A program made the position numbers and the translations under genes. 64,000 nucleotides of DNA, taken from positions 16,058,001 through 16,122,000 of the forward strand of contig CM068755.1 in NCBI GenBank assembly GCA_035084275.1. Direction: 5' to 3'. The DNA comes from Hydrolagus colliei. Lineage: Eukaryota. Of this stretch, positions 12,813 through 28,104 are shown one piece after another; the stretch's first letter is position 1, and each line of letters starts with the position of its first letter. The notes under the pieces are model-generated. The model was not told where the DNA came from. It searched no databases and saw nothing but the letters and a program-made list of their open reading frames with translations.

Positions 12813-13031
12813 CTTGAAGATCAAACAGTGAGCTTGCATCAGTTGCTTTCTCAGAAGGAGCCTGTGTGATGGGTAGAAGATAAGATCTGTAACCCTTCAA
12901 TATGGAGGCCATGAATCGGAGGAAGACTTCCTGTATTTCCATCTCTAACACCTGCACCTTCTTACCAGTGTTTAAATCAGGGTCATTCATTGCCATCTGC
13001 ATTAAAGCCTCTTCCTTCGGCCTTTGCTGCA
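12813..13031 (-). CDS. DENND4A: DENND4A coding exon (219 nt)
   Basis: QQRPKEE...[41 protein letters not shown]. Confidence 0.95.
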
Positions 13032-13636
13032 CTATAAATGAGATAAGTCCCAGTTATACAAGTCATAGGTTTATGCACATGAACAAAAATATTTGTTACA
13101 AAGATTAGAGCATAAAGTGTAGGGCTCATGGCAACGCACATTAGTGCAGTGTAGCAACATATGACAATGCATAATGGAAGAACAAATTAAATGGCTTACG
13201 GGCCCTACCCTCCTATAACAATAGCGATTTGGCCGAGGTAAACAGAAGGCTGGTGGTACACTTTGTTCGTACTCCAGTGAATCAGTGAGCTTCAGGATAA
13301 ATATAGTTAAGTATAGCTTTACTTACAATGGTCTTGCCTTTACGTTTCCTTAAAAAAATCACTGTCCCATGAAATAAAAAGACATCGCTTAAAAATACTG
13401 TAATTTTAAAACAAATTACAGCAATGCAATGACCTGTGATCAAAGCAATGCTTTTTTCCCCAACCCCAATTTCAGTCTGGATGTTTAGCGCTGGCTGGCA
13501 CAGTAGTGCCTAGTGAGGCATTCTTAGCCAAATCCTATCTAGAGCTTTTAATTTATTGTACAGATCCCCAGGGCTTGTTCCCAGTTTGAAGAGCACCAAA
13601 CAAGCTGTGGCATTATATAGCTTTTCCTTTACTTAC

Positions 13637-13737
13637 TTTCTGCAAGCTGTTCGTAAAGATTGCTTAAAGAGTTCATCAGATTTTTACAAGCTTTCTTCGG
13701 CAGGATCTTCCACGTAAGATTCCGCCTATCTTCAGTT
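13637..13737 (-). CDS. DENND4A: DENND4A coding exon (101 nt)
   Basis: [33 protein letters not shown]; ttcag / gtaagt. Confidence 0.93.
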
Positions 13738-14244
13738 CTGAAACAACAATTATTCTTGAAATCACAAGTTTTAGGGACAAATAAGCAACTTTAAAATTTG
13801 CTCAGTCATTTTCAAATGCTACACTGTATTAAATGCAAGCACTATTATTATTTTTACCAGACAGTCAACAATACCCAATGTGAATGGTATTGGAGGCAAG
13901 TGCAAAGTTTTAGCAATAGCATTTCATTGTACCATCAGTTAGATTTGCTATCTTAATTGTTTAACAGATTACAAAGCCACAAAGTTATATATATGTATAT
14001 GAACTGCTCTGTGCACATAAAGAGAACTGATTTGTAGTAATGTGGTGGGGGGGTGGGGAGTGCAAATGTAATAACTTCAAAGGAACGCAAAATCAAATCA
14101 CAAAGCTCGAGATCCATTTGTTCAAACTGTAGGCAACTCATAAAACTGCCTCCCTTTTCTTACTCCATCTCTTTTCCAAACCAGTTTTAAACGCCCTTCT
14201 CCACCCCAACTGTAAAAACAAACAACAACATGACAAAAGGCTTA

Positions 14245-14487
<243 letters not shown>

Positions 14488-16580
14488 TTAATTGTACAAC
14501 TGATACAGCAACAATGTCAGCAGTTTTACATTAAGCTAGTCTCACAAACTCGCTTAAAAAAATCCCAAATCTCATAACCTTTTCAATCTGTCGCTTAATC
14601 TATTCATATGCTTGGATCTGTAACAATTTGAAGAATAACCAATAAAGAGAGTAAAATCTAAAATATGACTAAATTAGTTTTCTCAATGTACAATCAATGG
14701 TGATTGTACAAATTAATATATAAGGTCAAAGTTGATTGAGTCTGTCCAATAAATGCACTCAAAACTTTCTTTAGAATTAGCCTGATCCACGTTTCCAGTT
14801 TAAGTAATGTAGTTAGTTATATTATAGCTCACAATGCCGTGACTGTCAGTGTGTTTTGGCACGTTCGCCCGATGTGAAAGGCGCTATGTAAATGCAAATT
14901 TGTATTGTATTAGCACGACTGCAGAAGGTCAGCTACAGCCAATGGCATTGCACTGTAAGGCATGGATCACAGCAGCCACCCAGATAATCAGAAGTCACAG
15001 GATCCCAAATGACTTGTTAAACATTTGACATTCTTTTCTTCATCTGGAGAAAGCAGTTGGATTTTATGCGTAGCATAATGCTTAAAAATATAAAATCTGG
15101 AGCCAAGAGAAAGTAAGTGTACATGTATTTTCAGAATGAGTTCAACTTTTTTTTGTGGCATTTATTTTAATGCAATGTTTGCCACTGCCATAATCTATGA
15201 CCTAAATAGAATCTGCATCTCTTTCTGGCTCCTTCGCTAATGCAGTCCGTGTAAAACATCTATTCTATAATCAAGGTCGGGCTGTCACAAATAAGGTCAT
15301 GTTCCTGGCATTAATGTCACACCTCCATGTTTATGGTTAGCAACACGTGGGCTGCCACAGTTCACCCTTAACTTATCAAAACAGAATTTGGATGTTCAAT
15401 CCCCCAGCTGCAAATTGTTCTCCCACAGAAGACATGGTCACTGAAATTTTTAAGCGCTTTGGAACGTCTTCCTAACCTGAAAGGTTACTATACAAAGTGT
15501 AAAAGATTATAATATATTGCTTCTCCTGCTTGTGTTATTGTTCTTCAGAGTGTGATTGCCTGAAATTCTGTTCATTGTATGCACAAGTTGCTGGAATGCA
15601 AATTTAGCTGGTGAACTACAATCCTGGGCGGGGTGAAATTTACGCAAGTGTTCTTACTCCACACACCTGTTTGCTTAGCAGTAAGTGGGAACCCGGATGT
15701 TAGTTGAATGGCAGATCGCCTTCTGGGGATAATAATCCCTCAAAATAAATAAATTGGTAACTCAATCCACCCTGGTTGTGGGACACTGCTCTGGAAACGG
15801 TTGATATTTACTCATGTACTGTTGCAGTGACTATTTTTCTGGTCCTCATTAAAAATCAGAGATGCCAGATTTACTGCTTTGCAGCCCATACACTAAAGTG
15901 AGCACCAAAGAGCATGTACCTGTGTTTTTCTCAATTTATTATCAGTCTTGTGAGTCTGCAGGGAAAATAAATGTCTGCGACTGCTGAAAAGCAGTTGCAA
16001 TATATTAAACTGCTATTGAGCATCCATTTTTAAATTCTGGTTTTAAACAACGTATTTCCCAAATCTAGTATAATTGTCTGCAGAATGAGATTAGTAAACA
16101 TGAGTAATGATGATAAAGTACCCTCATTAACAACTGAATTAAAGAGGAAGCCCCTTTGTGTCAGTGAGTAAATATCCTCTTTGATAACTGCTAACACAGC
16201 TCACATTATACTGTGAAATGAGGCAGTCTGTCTGACAAAGCCAAAGTAGACAGAACACTTTCTGATTCTGTAATCATTGCAACAAACTCTCTCCCCAAAT
16301 GTAAATTAGAACCAGATCTTTTAAAAGTAAATTCTTCCAACTCTACTAATAATGTCCATCACAAACTTACATAATAATATTTGCAGATTTTATATGAATG
16401 ACGTGCATAAATGCTGAAAGCTAAAAGGGTCCGATTATCAAGTGGATTATTCCAATAAATGAAAAGAGAGATTAAACTTAAATAATCCATTTCAGGAAGA
16501 AAAGTGGCAAATAAAGAAAAAGTCCAACTGTGCCAATTTCCTTACAAAGAACCTCTCAATAAGTCCAGTTTTGTACTCAC

Positions 16581-16725
16581 AGATACGAGTGCTTCCGCCA
16601 CACTAGTCAGCACAGCTGGTCGGAGAGAGTGGATGAGAATTTTATGTTCTGTCACCGCGTAGAGCAGCACTGATATAGCATTTTCAGGTCCCAGATTTTG
16701 TAGCAAAGTAATGAAACTGCCACCA
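16581..16725 (-). CDS. DENND4A: DENND4A coding exon (145 nt)
   Basis: [48 protein letters not shown]; ttcag / gtgagt. Confidence 0.95.
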
Positions 16726-17207
16726 CTGAAAGCAAAAGGACAGACATGAGTAATGTTCTGTGAAGAAAATTATGATTTGTATTCAGCTTTGAGCTCTAAC
16801 ATTTTCAATAATGTTTCCCCTGCTTTAGACCTCGCACCACAAGGCCACATTTCCCCATGTCTACCACTCTGAAACAAAGAGGTCTATTTGGAAGAGCAGA
16901 CAAAAAGTCATAACACAATATTTAATGTATCTTTCTCTTTCAGATGCTAGTTTAACTCCTGTGAGTTCCCAACACTTTTCAGATTTCCAATTCCTTTTTA
17001 AAATAAAATCTCATCTTAGATAAATTGCTCCGCATAGGTGTTGGGAAGGAAGGTGCGGGAAAGAAAGGGAAGCAGAACAATATCCTGGAAATTTGTGCAC
17101 ACTACAGAAGTGTGGAGAAAATGTTATTAAGGTGGGGGCTTGAATGCTTGGAAAAAAAGTTTGTATGACAAATTAGGTACCAACTGGAAGGTGAATGATA
17201 TGCTTAC

Positions 17208-17266
17208 CTCAATGGTAGTGGGGATGATACCGGTTGACAAAGCATTAAAGAATCATGAGGTGATTG
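17208..17266 (-). CDS. DENND4A: DENND4A coding exon (59 nt)
   Basis: QSPHDSLMLCQPVSSPLPL; tacag / gtaagc. Confidence 0.9.
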
Positions 17267-17756
17267 CTGTAACAGAAGATTGCATTGCAGATTGAAATCC
17301 AATAGCATCTAAATAATGAAACTCAAGCTGCAGCAAATTTCCCTTCGCCCGGTCCCACGAGAAGCAGAACATCGGTCAAGAAAAGCTACTACACTTTTGC
17401 TTATTTTATTTCACGGATAATTTTCTCAACACTTTTCTACCTATTTTAGGCCCCTCATCTGACCCCCCCCCCACCCCCCATTTTGCTTCTGGAGGCAAAT
17501 CACTTTTATGGAACATTCTCTCTGATTGTAAACCTATCCTAACATCTGATCTTATTGCGAGACAAACTGCATCAGTGCTTTATTGGTAGATTTGGAAATG
17601 ACCAGCGCAGATGTTCCTGTATAAATTATATAACTATCAACAAGGATACATTTCACAGTAATATATTCCAGCTGTAATGATACTGTAATAATATATCAGA
17701 GCTTGTGTTTTAACAATAGATTTAACATAAATGATTTGTTATGCAGATACACTCAC

Positions 17757-17823
17757 TTGCACGAGAATCCTTGGCCTTTGTGGAGAAGGAAATGGGACAT
17801 TGTGCATAAAATGACAGATGTGT
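17757..17823 (-). CDS. DENND4A: DENND4A coding exon (67 nt)
   Basis: [22 protein letters not shown]; tgcag / gtgagt. Confidence 0.94.
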
Positions 17824-18077
17824 CTGCAAAGTAGAAGTATAAACGTTATTAAAGCATGATGCATATACAGGGAGGGCGTGTGTGCAGGAATCTGAATTTA
17901 CCAGCTAGAAATAAATGACCAAGTCATTTGGTGATTTATTCTTAAAATTTGCATCAACTTGAAGTCTTTGTTAAAAATCGTTCATCGAATCTATTAAGTC
18001 ATTGGCATCCTAATACATTTAGAATTTAAGCATCTCCTATAGACAGGAAATAATGATCTTAAGTAAGCAAGACTTAC

Positions 18078-18319
18078 TTCTCAATGGGTAGTGCATGAGG
18101 TCCAGAGATGGAGTATCGATACAAAAATGTGAGAAATTTTCGAAAGGCATCAAAGAATGGCCAGTGTGACAGGAGGCAGATGCACTTGTTTGTGTGAACT
18201 GTCTTGGAGAGGAACGGTTTTCGGTCCACAGCACTGACCAGCCCCAGCTGTGATCGCTGCTTGTCTGTCAGGCTCTCTTGAGGAAGAGGCTCGTAGAACT
18301 GAATAGCTGCTCCATAAAC
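18078..18319 (-). CDS. DENND4A: DENND4A coding exon (242 nt)
   Basis: [10 protein letters not shown]...[37 protein letters not shown]. Confidence 0.95.
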
Positions 18320-18962
18320 CTAGGAACAATGGGTAAATTTGAGGCATTATTACATAATATATTATATCATCAAGGCACAAGGTCAATATGTAATTACCAA
18401 TTTGGTACACTGCGATGGTGAAAACAGAAACATCCCACTCAATCAAGTACAAATAAATGTAATTAGTTTGAAGATACACTTCAAACACTTTCATCCTATT
18501 ATTTACACATCAGTACTAAGCCAGCAAAATACATCTGGTTTTATACTTTTCTCCACTGTATAGTAAATAGTTATTAAATAAGCTAAAATGGGATTGTATT
18601 TTGCATAACCTGGTATATAGAAATGCTATAATAGAATTGGAAATACACCAAAGCCATTGGAATTAATTTTAATTAAATTTAAAGCTTACATTCCATCAGA
18701 ATAATACCCTTGCTTATCATGACCAACTAGTAAAACCAATTTTCTCCCATATTTAACTGTGCGGTCAAGGGATAACAAATGAATTCAACATGTCTCATGT
18801 TGACAATTGGATTACAACAAGTGAGGATAATGCAATAAGTGAAAAGCAATTGGTACAAATTTGTTCTGAGAATAGAACAAATTAACTTCAAACAAGACTT
18901 GCATAACCTGTTCAGAGAAATGCATTAAATTGTACATCACAACAGGGCGGTTATAAATGTAC

Positions 18963-19132
18963 CTTTTCTCCAGAAGCTCCAGTTAACACAAACGTAGAGA
19001 AGATGGGGAGTGGATATTTAGTGTTACAAGGCCAACACTCAATGGTTGCACCCATAGGCAAGCAAAAGAGAGGTACAGATGCGGGCAATGGAAAGGATTC
19101 ATAATCTTCTTCTGGATACCTGCATATCAAAC
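18963..19132 (-). CDS. DENND4A: DENND4A coding exon (170 nt, uDENN)
   Basis: [34 protein letters not shown]...[13 protein letters not shown]. Confidence 0.95.
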
Positions 19133-19169
19133 CTTTGGCAGACAAAAAAACTTCAGTGAGAAATTAAAA

Positions 19170-19360
19170 CATGTAACAACAACAATAAAACTACACTTGT
19201 AAATGTGGGATGCCCTAAGGCGCTGGACAGTCACTATGTCAGACCCTAGCTGGGGACAGAGGGGGGTGGGAAGTGGGGTGGATTAGGAGTTGCCGATGGG
19301 ACCGTCGAAGAGGAGAGTCTTGAGGCTGGACTTGAAGGAAGCCAGGGAGGGGGCTTTGTG
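19170..19360 (-). mobile_element. L2-type LINE 3' end fragment
   Basis: SLASFKSSLKTLLFD coding remnant plus (TTG)n tail. Confidence 0.6.
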
Positions 19361-21683
19361 GACACTGCATACAATAGCAAGATTAGAAACCGATACCTGC
19401 AACAGCAAGGCACTGTTCAAAAATGTGCAGGATGAAACTCCAAAAGCAATTTGATGTGGCTGGGCTTCACAAAACGGGTAGCATTTGTGTACTACGTAAA
19501 ACACTGATAAACTCTGAAGGAGTGAATGTTTTAAACTTCCCAAACGTTCACCAATTATGATCTTGAGTAGATCACATAAAAATGGGAAGTTGTTTATTCT
19601 ACATCGCACACTACAGAGCGGATATATTGACGTGGGCTAAGGGACACATTTTTCTCTGTCCTTTGAGTTTTGCAAATTTATCCTTGTGTTGAAAAATATT
19701 ATTTTTCATATCTTTGTCATGTTATTCATACTTTGGAAATGTCATTATGAGTCACATGTGCAAGGGAACAAATTAGTAAATAAATATACCGAATGTAGAC
19801 TGTGAAATATCCACATTAAATAATATGTCATATGGAGAGTAAAAAATATCATCTCCCACTAGGAGGTCTGGGCAGGGCAGCCAAGAAGGATTTATCCTAA
19901 TTTCTTTCCTGTCAGCTTTCCATTGATACATTTTTCAAAGACTGCAGAAAAAAGGACACATCTAATTCTCATTGCTCCATGGTACTAAGCACACAGTACA
20001 TTACTGCCTCCCCATTCGTAATATCTTTTAAACTAACATGCTGAAACAAATGGACGAGCAAAAGAGGCAATAAACAATTTGAAGCTACAGAACAATAAAC
20101 AAACATATTACTGTAACTGATCTTTCCAATTATACGTTGCACAAAAAAGTGTGACTTTTCACTGCTCTTGTCCTCGATTGCAGTGAATTCAATCTAGAAT
20201 TCTGAATACAAATTGTATTCCCAAAAAGAGTGATTTCCAGAAAACTGAAACAAACCATTAGAGACCATCAAGAACGACTGCTACAAAAGCTCCTGAAAGT
20301 TTAACCATATTCAGGTTGTAAATAAAATGGAGCAAACAGTTTTAATCAATCACCCAATGTGTGGAACTTCCATATTCCAAAATCAAGACTATTTTATGTG
20401 CCAGTTATACCAACAAAAAAATGCATAGTTTGAGATATGTTTGAAGAAGAATTCTTATCAAGAGAGAGTTGACATCTACATTTCCATGGTATGTAATACC
20501 TCAGTGATTATAAGGAGAAATATTGTAAGCCCAATATAAACATGTCCTTTTACATCTTCCTCAGATAACAACAGCCTGGCTTTCCATTCAAGTGATAACT
20601 GTCCTGCTTATAGAGCAATCATTAGCCATCTCTCTTTTAAAAAAAGCACTCCCCACCAAGTTTTCATTCAGTTCTCAGTTAAGCAACTGCAAATCTCAAT
20701 GGGGAGGACTCTTAAAAAAATGGCTCCTAATTGGTCCGCAGACAGACTATGAAGTATTTCTTGCCAGCCAATAGATAGGAGACTCACCATTTCCCATTTA
20801 GATGGGTGTATATCTAAATAAATCCTCATACCTTAATCCAACTCATTGTGTGAAGGGTATGAAGTTGTTGGCTGACGTAAAGACCTATATCAAGTGCAAA
20901 TTTCTTTTATGATTTTAGTCTTTCGAACAGTAAATATTTACTCTCCTGGTAACTCAGATTTTTTTGTTCAATCTTGACTTTGTTTTAAAAAATGAGGGAC
21001 TTAAATGCATATCAGAAATGAAAAAAAAGTTTACTGTCAAGACAGGGATCTGATTTCATGTCTCCAATATAAACATAAAGCATAGTATTGATCACCTAGT
21101 GCTTTGTCAGCAGCAAGCAAGTACTGAATTGACTCAATGCGCTTGTGCTGCAAAACTGCCAACGAGGAAGTTAAAAACATCCGTCAATAGTATAGTTTCC
21201 TACAACAAAATCAAATTGCAACAGATTTCTTTAGCCATAGGTCCCCTAGGAGTACAGTCACTGCTAGGCCTCATGGCTGAGGTCAATTCTCTGTTGTAAT
21301 TACCTCATTACATTGAGAAATCGAGAAAAACATTTTAGAAGTAATTCCAGAGAGGCTCAAATTATGTCATAACCTAAAGAACGAAGTCTTGTAAATGTTT
21401 TCAGAACCCCGTCCCATATTCTTGTCGACCTGCCCAGCAATACCATTTTCAGAAAATGTTCACATCAGCATATTTTTCCAAATTAATTCCATTTCACAGC
21501 ATTATTCTATTTCAAAGCACTCTGGGATGCTTCCCTGCATGAGGGGTGCTAGATAAATGCAAGTTGTTGCAGTTATTATTATATTCAATAAACTCAATAG
21601 AGGAGTCCAACAATTCAGTGGTACCCATTTTTCAAAAGCCCCAGCTTTACTTATTCATTTCTCTTCAACGATGCAGTACTCAC

Positions 21684-21753
21684 CAGCTTTGTACGCTATA
21701 GCATTAGTCTTGGCCAAAGACTTCTTATAAGACAAGTAGACCGCTGATCCCCA
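21684..21753 (-). CDS. DENND4A: DENND4A coding exon (70 nt)
   Basis: [23 protein letters not shown]; tgcag / gtgagt. Confidence 0.93.
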
Positions 21754-24097
21754 CTGCAAAAGAAAATACAATACATAATTGAATTGATCCATATCAAATT
21801 CAATATGACTGCAGTATAATTATTCTCAGTGAGCTTTCCATGGCCGACCTTACAGTACTAGAAATGGTTACATAGGTTACACAATGATGCAACATAAATC
21901 ACGACACAGAATTTCACACATAAAGGATTGGAAACATCTGTCCTCTTAATAAAATTGTGGAATTTGTGAAAATGGTTCCAGATATTAATTGGAGAAAATG
22001 AACCGGAATAAATCTATTCTCTTGATGAAGGACTTTGTCGGTGGAGGAAAGCATTGCTGCAGGTGACAAAGGAACAGAGAAACTTAACAAAGAGAGTTTG
22101 GAGATGAAAGGATATATATATCCGCTGCTATTTCTCCGATTCCCAAAAGTTGAAAACAATTTGAGTGTTCCAAATCAAATATAGTACTGTACATTATAAC
22201 ATGTAAACTGAAAAAAACTCTTTAATTAGAATATCATTTTCTGTTAAAACACCTTGAACTCAAATCAGCGATATCTAATGCAGCATAATTGACCCATAGG
22301 AGATCCATGAAATCCATCATAACAAGATTCTCTTTGATCATTTCAATGATAAGCTGAAGAAAAAGGGACAGGAGCATCAATACACAATTCAGCAAAAGAG
22401 ACAATTAAAGCTACGGGTAGGGTGACCATTTTAGAGCGAGCCCCGATTTAGTTGGACCCCTTATGGTATAGATGTACTGTAGGCGAGCTAACTTCACGTG
22501 CTAAATGGCGCCTTCCTTCCCAGATCTTTAGGTTTCTGCCGAATCTACTCACTTCCTGATTTTTCAATAGATATGCTATTGCTGTTTCCTCTGCACAAAT
22601 GCGCACTTATGTGCAGGAAGTACCACTAAGCCCAGGAAATGCTACTGACACCACATTAAAGCCAATCCGATGACCCGCATGCCAGCCATTTTTTAAAACT
22701 TTGCTTAACGTAGAACTCTGTATTTAAGCATTATACAGTAATTTGGTTGTCCCGAAACATTAAAGAAACACAATTAAGATGTCACTACGGATAACAGCCC
22801 AGAAAAGAAGAAGGAGACACAAGTTACATCTACCAAGTACAATGTTACAAGCTGGATCTCTGTAGATCTGCACAGAATTCACCATCTTTTAAATAAAGCC
22901 AGTTTTCCCTTTAAAAGTGTTATCTCTGTGGGAAAGTTTCAGGTAAGTTCAGTTCTTGGTAAAACTAAGAACAGCTTGCTCTTAAACTCTGCGACACTGC
23001 CAACAAGTTGACAACCAAGGAAAGGTCACTCTGCAACTGATACTGTTATCAGCTATAGTGCAAACTTCTGTGATGCAGTTCTTTGTGCATTAAGAAAAAT
23101 TGGGATTTATTTTGCTATTGTGCCATCAATAATCTTACATTAAAAAAAAATTGTGTCTTAATGTAAGATTACTGATGCCACAATAGCAAAATGAATCCCA
23201 CCGCTTCGTTTCCTGTCGGGCCCCAAACTTGTAAAACTGGTAGACGTCAATGTCCTTATAATAATTTTAAATATACTCTGAAAAATCACGGGTTGATCAG
23301 GAAGTGTTGCATAACTCAAGGTTAAACATAGCAGCAGATATACTGAACCTATCAAATATCACTGGATTCCAAAGTCCTGAGCCAACACACACTCTGCTGC
23401 AAGCAACTCTAAGATGACATATGGAACTGGATTTGTACTTGCCAACATCCCATCTTCATAAAACTGACTTCATGTGGTAATTTGAGCAAAGCATTGGCTG
23501 GAAGATTGAAGCTGCAAACTTACCCCATAATAATATTATATTATTATTACCGCATAAGCCAAGAACACATAAGGAATGGAATTCTCTAACCCCATAAAGT
23601 TACACTTCCAGGAAAGATTCCAAGATTTGTATTAATTTTTATGCAAAAACATGCAATGAATTCAATTTAAAAAACCCTAAAAATATCTCTTTACATCTCA
23701 GACAGTTGTAAAAAGTAAACCTAAAAATTTGAATTCAGGTGTTTCATTGTGTGAGGTGTGATCATTGAACCATACTAGCAGTTCAATGAAATTAATTCTC
23801 ACCCAGATATTTTGCATTTGGCAAATCAAAGTAAGATAGTTGATAATAAATATGAAGTCCATTGTTAAAAATATATGATCCCAATTATATTTATTTTGAC
23901 CTAGGGATTCTGATTTAATTGGTAACAATTTAGTAATTCAGATTGCTATATTAACAGCAAGATGGATTTGAATGATAGACACGTTTCTTACAAATAAGGA
24001 TGTTATAATCAAAAACCACCTGTGCTGCAATTGTATTTTCAATTGTTTTTCTTTATCTTGCTTTAAAGCTTGTGTAAAAATAGATTGAAGAGCTTAC

Positions 24098-24347
24098 CAT
24101 GCTGCTGTTTAGATTCTTGTCCACTTTGCAGAAAGTGTGTGGCGGTGTCTCTCCCTTACTAGGAATAATTATGCAAATATCAGTGACAGCCAGCGAATTC
24201 TGGGCTATGTTTTCTTGTGCCCTGCGATATGTTATGTAGATTCGTTGAGATGAAGTTCCACCACTTATATTAGCAGGACGACCGTATGGTGTTGTTTGAA
24301 TAATCTGACATCCATGCTTTAGCCTCTCTTTCCATTCATATAAAACC
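24098..24347 (-). CDS. DENND4A: DENND4A coding exon (250 nt, MABP domain)
   Basis: [26 protein letters not shown]...[19 protein letters not shown]. Confidence 0.95.
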
Positions 24348-25921
24348 CTGTAAAACAATATAATAGATAAGAAAACGCAAACACAGATAACAAAACTACA
24401 TAACCACAGAGCACTTACTGGTAACCAATTTACTATAGGAACTAATCAGGTTTATTTCAGTATTATTCAACATCTCTCATTATCTGGTAAAAATGAGCAA
24501 AATCGTTAATGAGTAGCATTGCTGTTATCTTACTGAAAACTTACCACAAATATTGCTGATTGTTTTTTACTAATTGCACCTTTAATATTTGAGTTTGTCC
24601 AATAGGACCTGAACATCATACTAAGCTCATTTACATAATGCAACCTTTAACTCTAATCTTTGATATCAGAATTTGGCAATTTCAGTAATCTATTTACTCC
24701 TGTGCATTTAATGCTTCAGAATGCTCTTCCTATTGTGAGCTATTATTTTCATGATGAGAAGGTTGGTATGCGCAACAGTGAGATGCCAATAACATTCTAA
24801 AATCAGCATTTCCAAGGATCATAATATAATATACTGTATATGCAACATAAATTTCACAGAACTCGATGAATCATTTACCTATAATTTCAGTCAAAAACAC
24901 TTTACAATTGCAGTGAATTTGATCATCCATTTTAATCAAATCAAAAACATGACATTCAATCAAAAAATATAAACTGACAAAATATTTCTTCCTGCAGATG
25001 TATTGGATTTCCCTGTAAACCAGTATAAATATCTAAATGATTCCCTTGAACTTGAAGAGAATGCAGACAGTGTCAGAGTAGACAACATAAAGACCAAATC
25101 CAGACAGCTCTTTACAGATTAAAGCTAGATGTTGAAATTTGAGTTTGACAATATACAGTATATAGATTTTTTTTTTCCATTTCTCACACTCAGCCAAATG
25201 GAACTCGCAATCTGTGAAAAAGGAGAGCACAAAAATGACCTTGCTGTAGAAACTTGTGTCATCAATCGTGAAGCTGAAACTAACATCTGATGGTGATTAA
25301 TGCACTGCTTGCTCTCAGCAGCAGTGCTCTCACCCAAAGCAGCAATGCACAGTCTCGTAAAAGATACTTCACTGACAAAAAACAAGACTGCATAATATTC
25401 AGTAAAAATATTAAGTAAAAATGGAAATGATCTAATCGCCCATTATACTTAAGCAATATGCTTTCTGATGTGACACTTGCAACTATGCTCATGCAAATGT
25501 CTTTTGAAAGTTAACAAGATATTTCCATTGTATTATGTATTACGTATCTTCTCAAAATGCAGGCTGTGGCTTGGGATAAAGAATTGAATAAAAACTTTTC
25601 ATAGCCTATCAATGGAAAATTGACAATATTCTTTGAATGAAACACCCATCTTTATTGCATTTCGCCCACAAAATATACAGTCAATTCAGTTTACAGTATA
25701 TTCTGTATATTCTGATCCTTGAGATGTCTTGAAAAAATGCAAGGATTATTATCTTCAAAACATTGAGCAGACTCACTATTTGATGGCATAAATTTATCAT
25801 TTTGTTTATTAGCCCACCGTGCAATCTAACCGTGCAAATTATACACTTGATGTTATAGCGTTTAGATTAGATTGGCCAGTGGCGGCATTCATATGTATGA
25901 GTTGAGTTTGAAGTTACCTAC

Positions 25922-26232
25922 CCCAGATCAGTCAGTGGTGGTTTATCTCTCCCTCTTTTGTAGCATAGGAAGATCTGTGGTCCCATCAAACTCCCATTGT
26001 TGAGATCGGCTGATAATCCAGTTGGAGTGACTTCCACACATGTGTATCCTTGGGGAACGTCCTCTCCTAATGATTTCACAATAACAGCCACGTCTGTGAT
26101 CGGTGCTTTAGGTTTGGCGATTTTGTGGCAGCTGTCATTGAACTGAATTTCTTCTTCCAGCAGTTTGGATGCACTTGTCATACCTGCCACCACAAAGTAG
26201 TCGGCAACACGTGGACCTTTATCTTCCATCAT
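25922..26232 (-). CDS. DENND4A: DENND4A first coding exon (311 coding nt; exon acceptor at 26243-26244)
   Basis: [17 protein letters not shown]...[15 protein letters not shown]; Kozak-like gcagccATGA; donor GG|gtaggt. Confidence 0.95.
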
Positions 26233-28104
26233 GGCTGCTTATCTGAAATTCAAAAGAAGATTGTGATGTAGAACGGTATCTCCTACATCTGGTTCATAAT
26301 CTGGCATAATTGAGGTGTTGTTCTCAGGTTAAGAAACCGTCTTGAATCAGAATACTCTTTCATTGGCATTGTAATAAGGTCACCGATTCTCCTATCAATT
26401 GAAATCCTTACAGTAACCATTTCTCTATGCAGTACATGGAGGACTGGAATGTACTGAAAATGTTACAGTTATGATTGTTCATTGAGTGGACAAAAAATAA
26501 AACAGATTACATTTAATGCTTGAAAGTTTCAAAGCAAATCCCAAATTCAGGATTTTGCAAAAGTGGTTCTTTCATTTGTAAAAGGGCAAACTGAATGATG
26601 AAAGGAAATATCATTTTACCCAGGCAACTGGCATTAAAGCTGAAATTCAACCAGGATAAAGAGCATGATGCCATTGCAGTGTTTCCAACAGGTGCAAGAT
26701 TCTGGTGTACACAAATATGCAAGGAGCCTGACCAATATTAAACCCATTACAGTACAATGTTCCAGAAAATACTGACATAACATGATGTTGCCACTTTATT
26801 TCTTTACTAAGAACTGAAGAAAGTAATTGCTTCCATCTAAAAGCTTTGAATTTCCATCGCTATTAACTACTTATAGTTTGGCTTCTAACCAACCCAGAGC
26901 AATGAAATGAAAGCCTCCTGACACAAACACAGCTATACACATGCTAACGAATGGCAAGATTGCTCAATGTTGAGTCCATCAAATAAAACAACTTATGCGG
27001 AATCTCATTATTAAACTAGGCCCTTTAGTAGTTTTCGCTTAAGAATGGAAATACTGATCTTACAGTTTATATTGTTGTGACAGAATGGGGAGAGCTTTAC
27101 TCTGGTTCACACCAATACACCTGACCCGGCATCACTGGTTGGCAAACGAACAAACAGATATTATTTCTTTGTACTGATATTCTAAAATAAATGGACCAAA
27201 AATCAATGCATTCAAAATTGATCCATTAATAAATGGATAGAAGGCAAAGATCATTATACTTAATATAATTCTGCTTTCAATTGTTAAATCAATTAGAAAC
27301 CGTCTCTACGTCCACTATGAATAGAGTCAACCTATTCAAAATACCCTTTACATTCTATTTACTTTATCCCTCAGAGGTTGTTGTAGCTTCCTGATTGCTA
27401 TTGCACTGACTGAATAATCTGCTTTAGAAACAATCAACATCTACTTTAAATAAAAATACTCAGCATCAGTTTATCTCCTATTATTTATTCATTCCAGTTT
27501 TGTTTCAGATAGGAATGAACAGACACATTTAGGAATAAAAACAGCAATTCAACAGCATGAGGAGTACAGCAGTTCTGCAGAGAGAAAAATCAGTGATTTT
27601 GTTTCCTCTTAAGAACAAGGTAGATATAGTCTCCACAGTGAGGTTGCGATGCTGTGTCAGGAAAGGCAAGACAAGTCATTTTAAAATCTGAATCATTGGC
27701 CCACCACAGATAAAGTTTTATAAATAATAACATTTTATCTGGATATGACACAATACAGGTATTCTATCAAAATAAGAGCCACAAGTGTGCAGATAATCTA
27801 CATGGTGAGTTAGAAACATAGAAATTTACAGGACTGGGGGAGGACATTCAGTCCACTAAGCATGTGCTGGATCTTTGAAAGCGCTATCCATCAAGTTCCC
27901 TATTCTTGGTGTGCTAATACTGTATATATACACACACAGCTCAGCACTGTACTGTCTAAGATACTTTGGATTTCATTTAGTCCTTCCTCCAACTGATCTG
28001 TTCTCCCTTGATTAGCTTCATGACTTCCTTTGTACAGTTTGACACCACAATGATAATAAATGGCTATTAATATTTCTGCTGCCCGCAATTTCCCTAGTCC
28101 TTTC

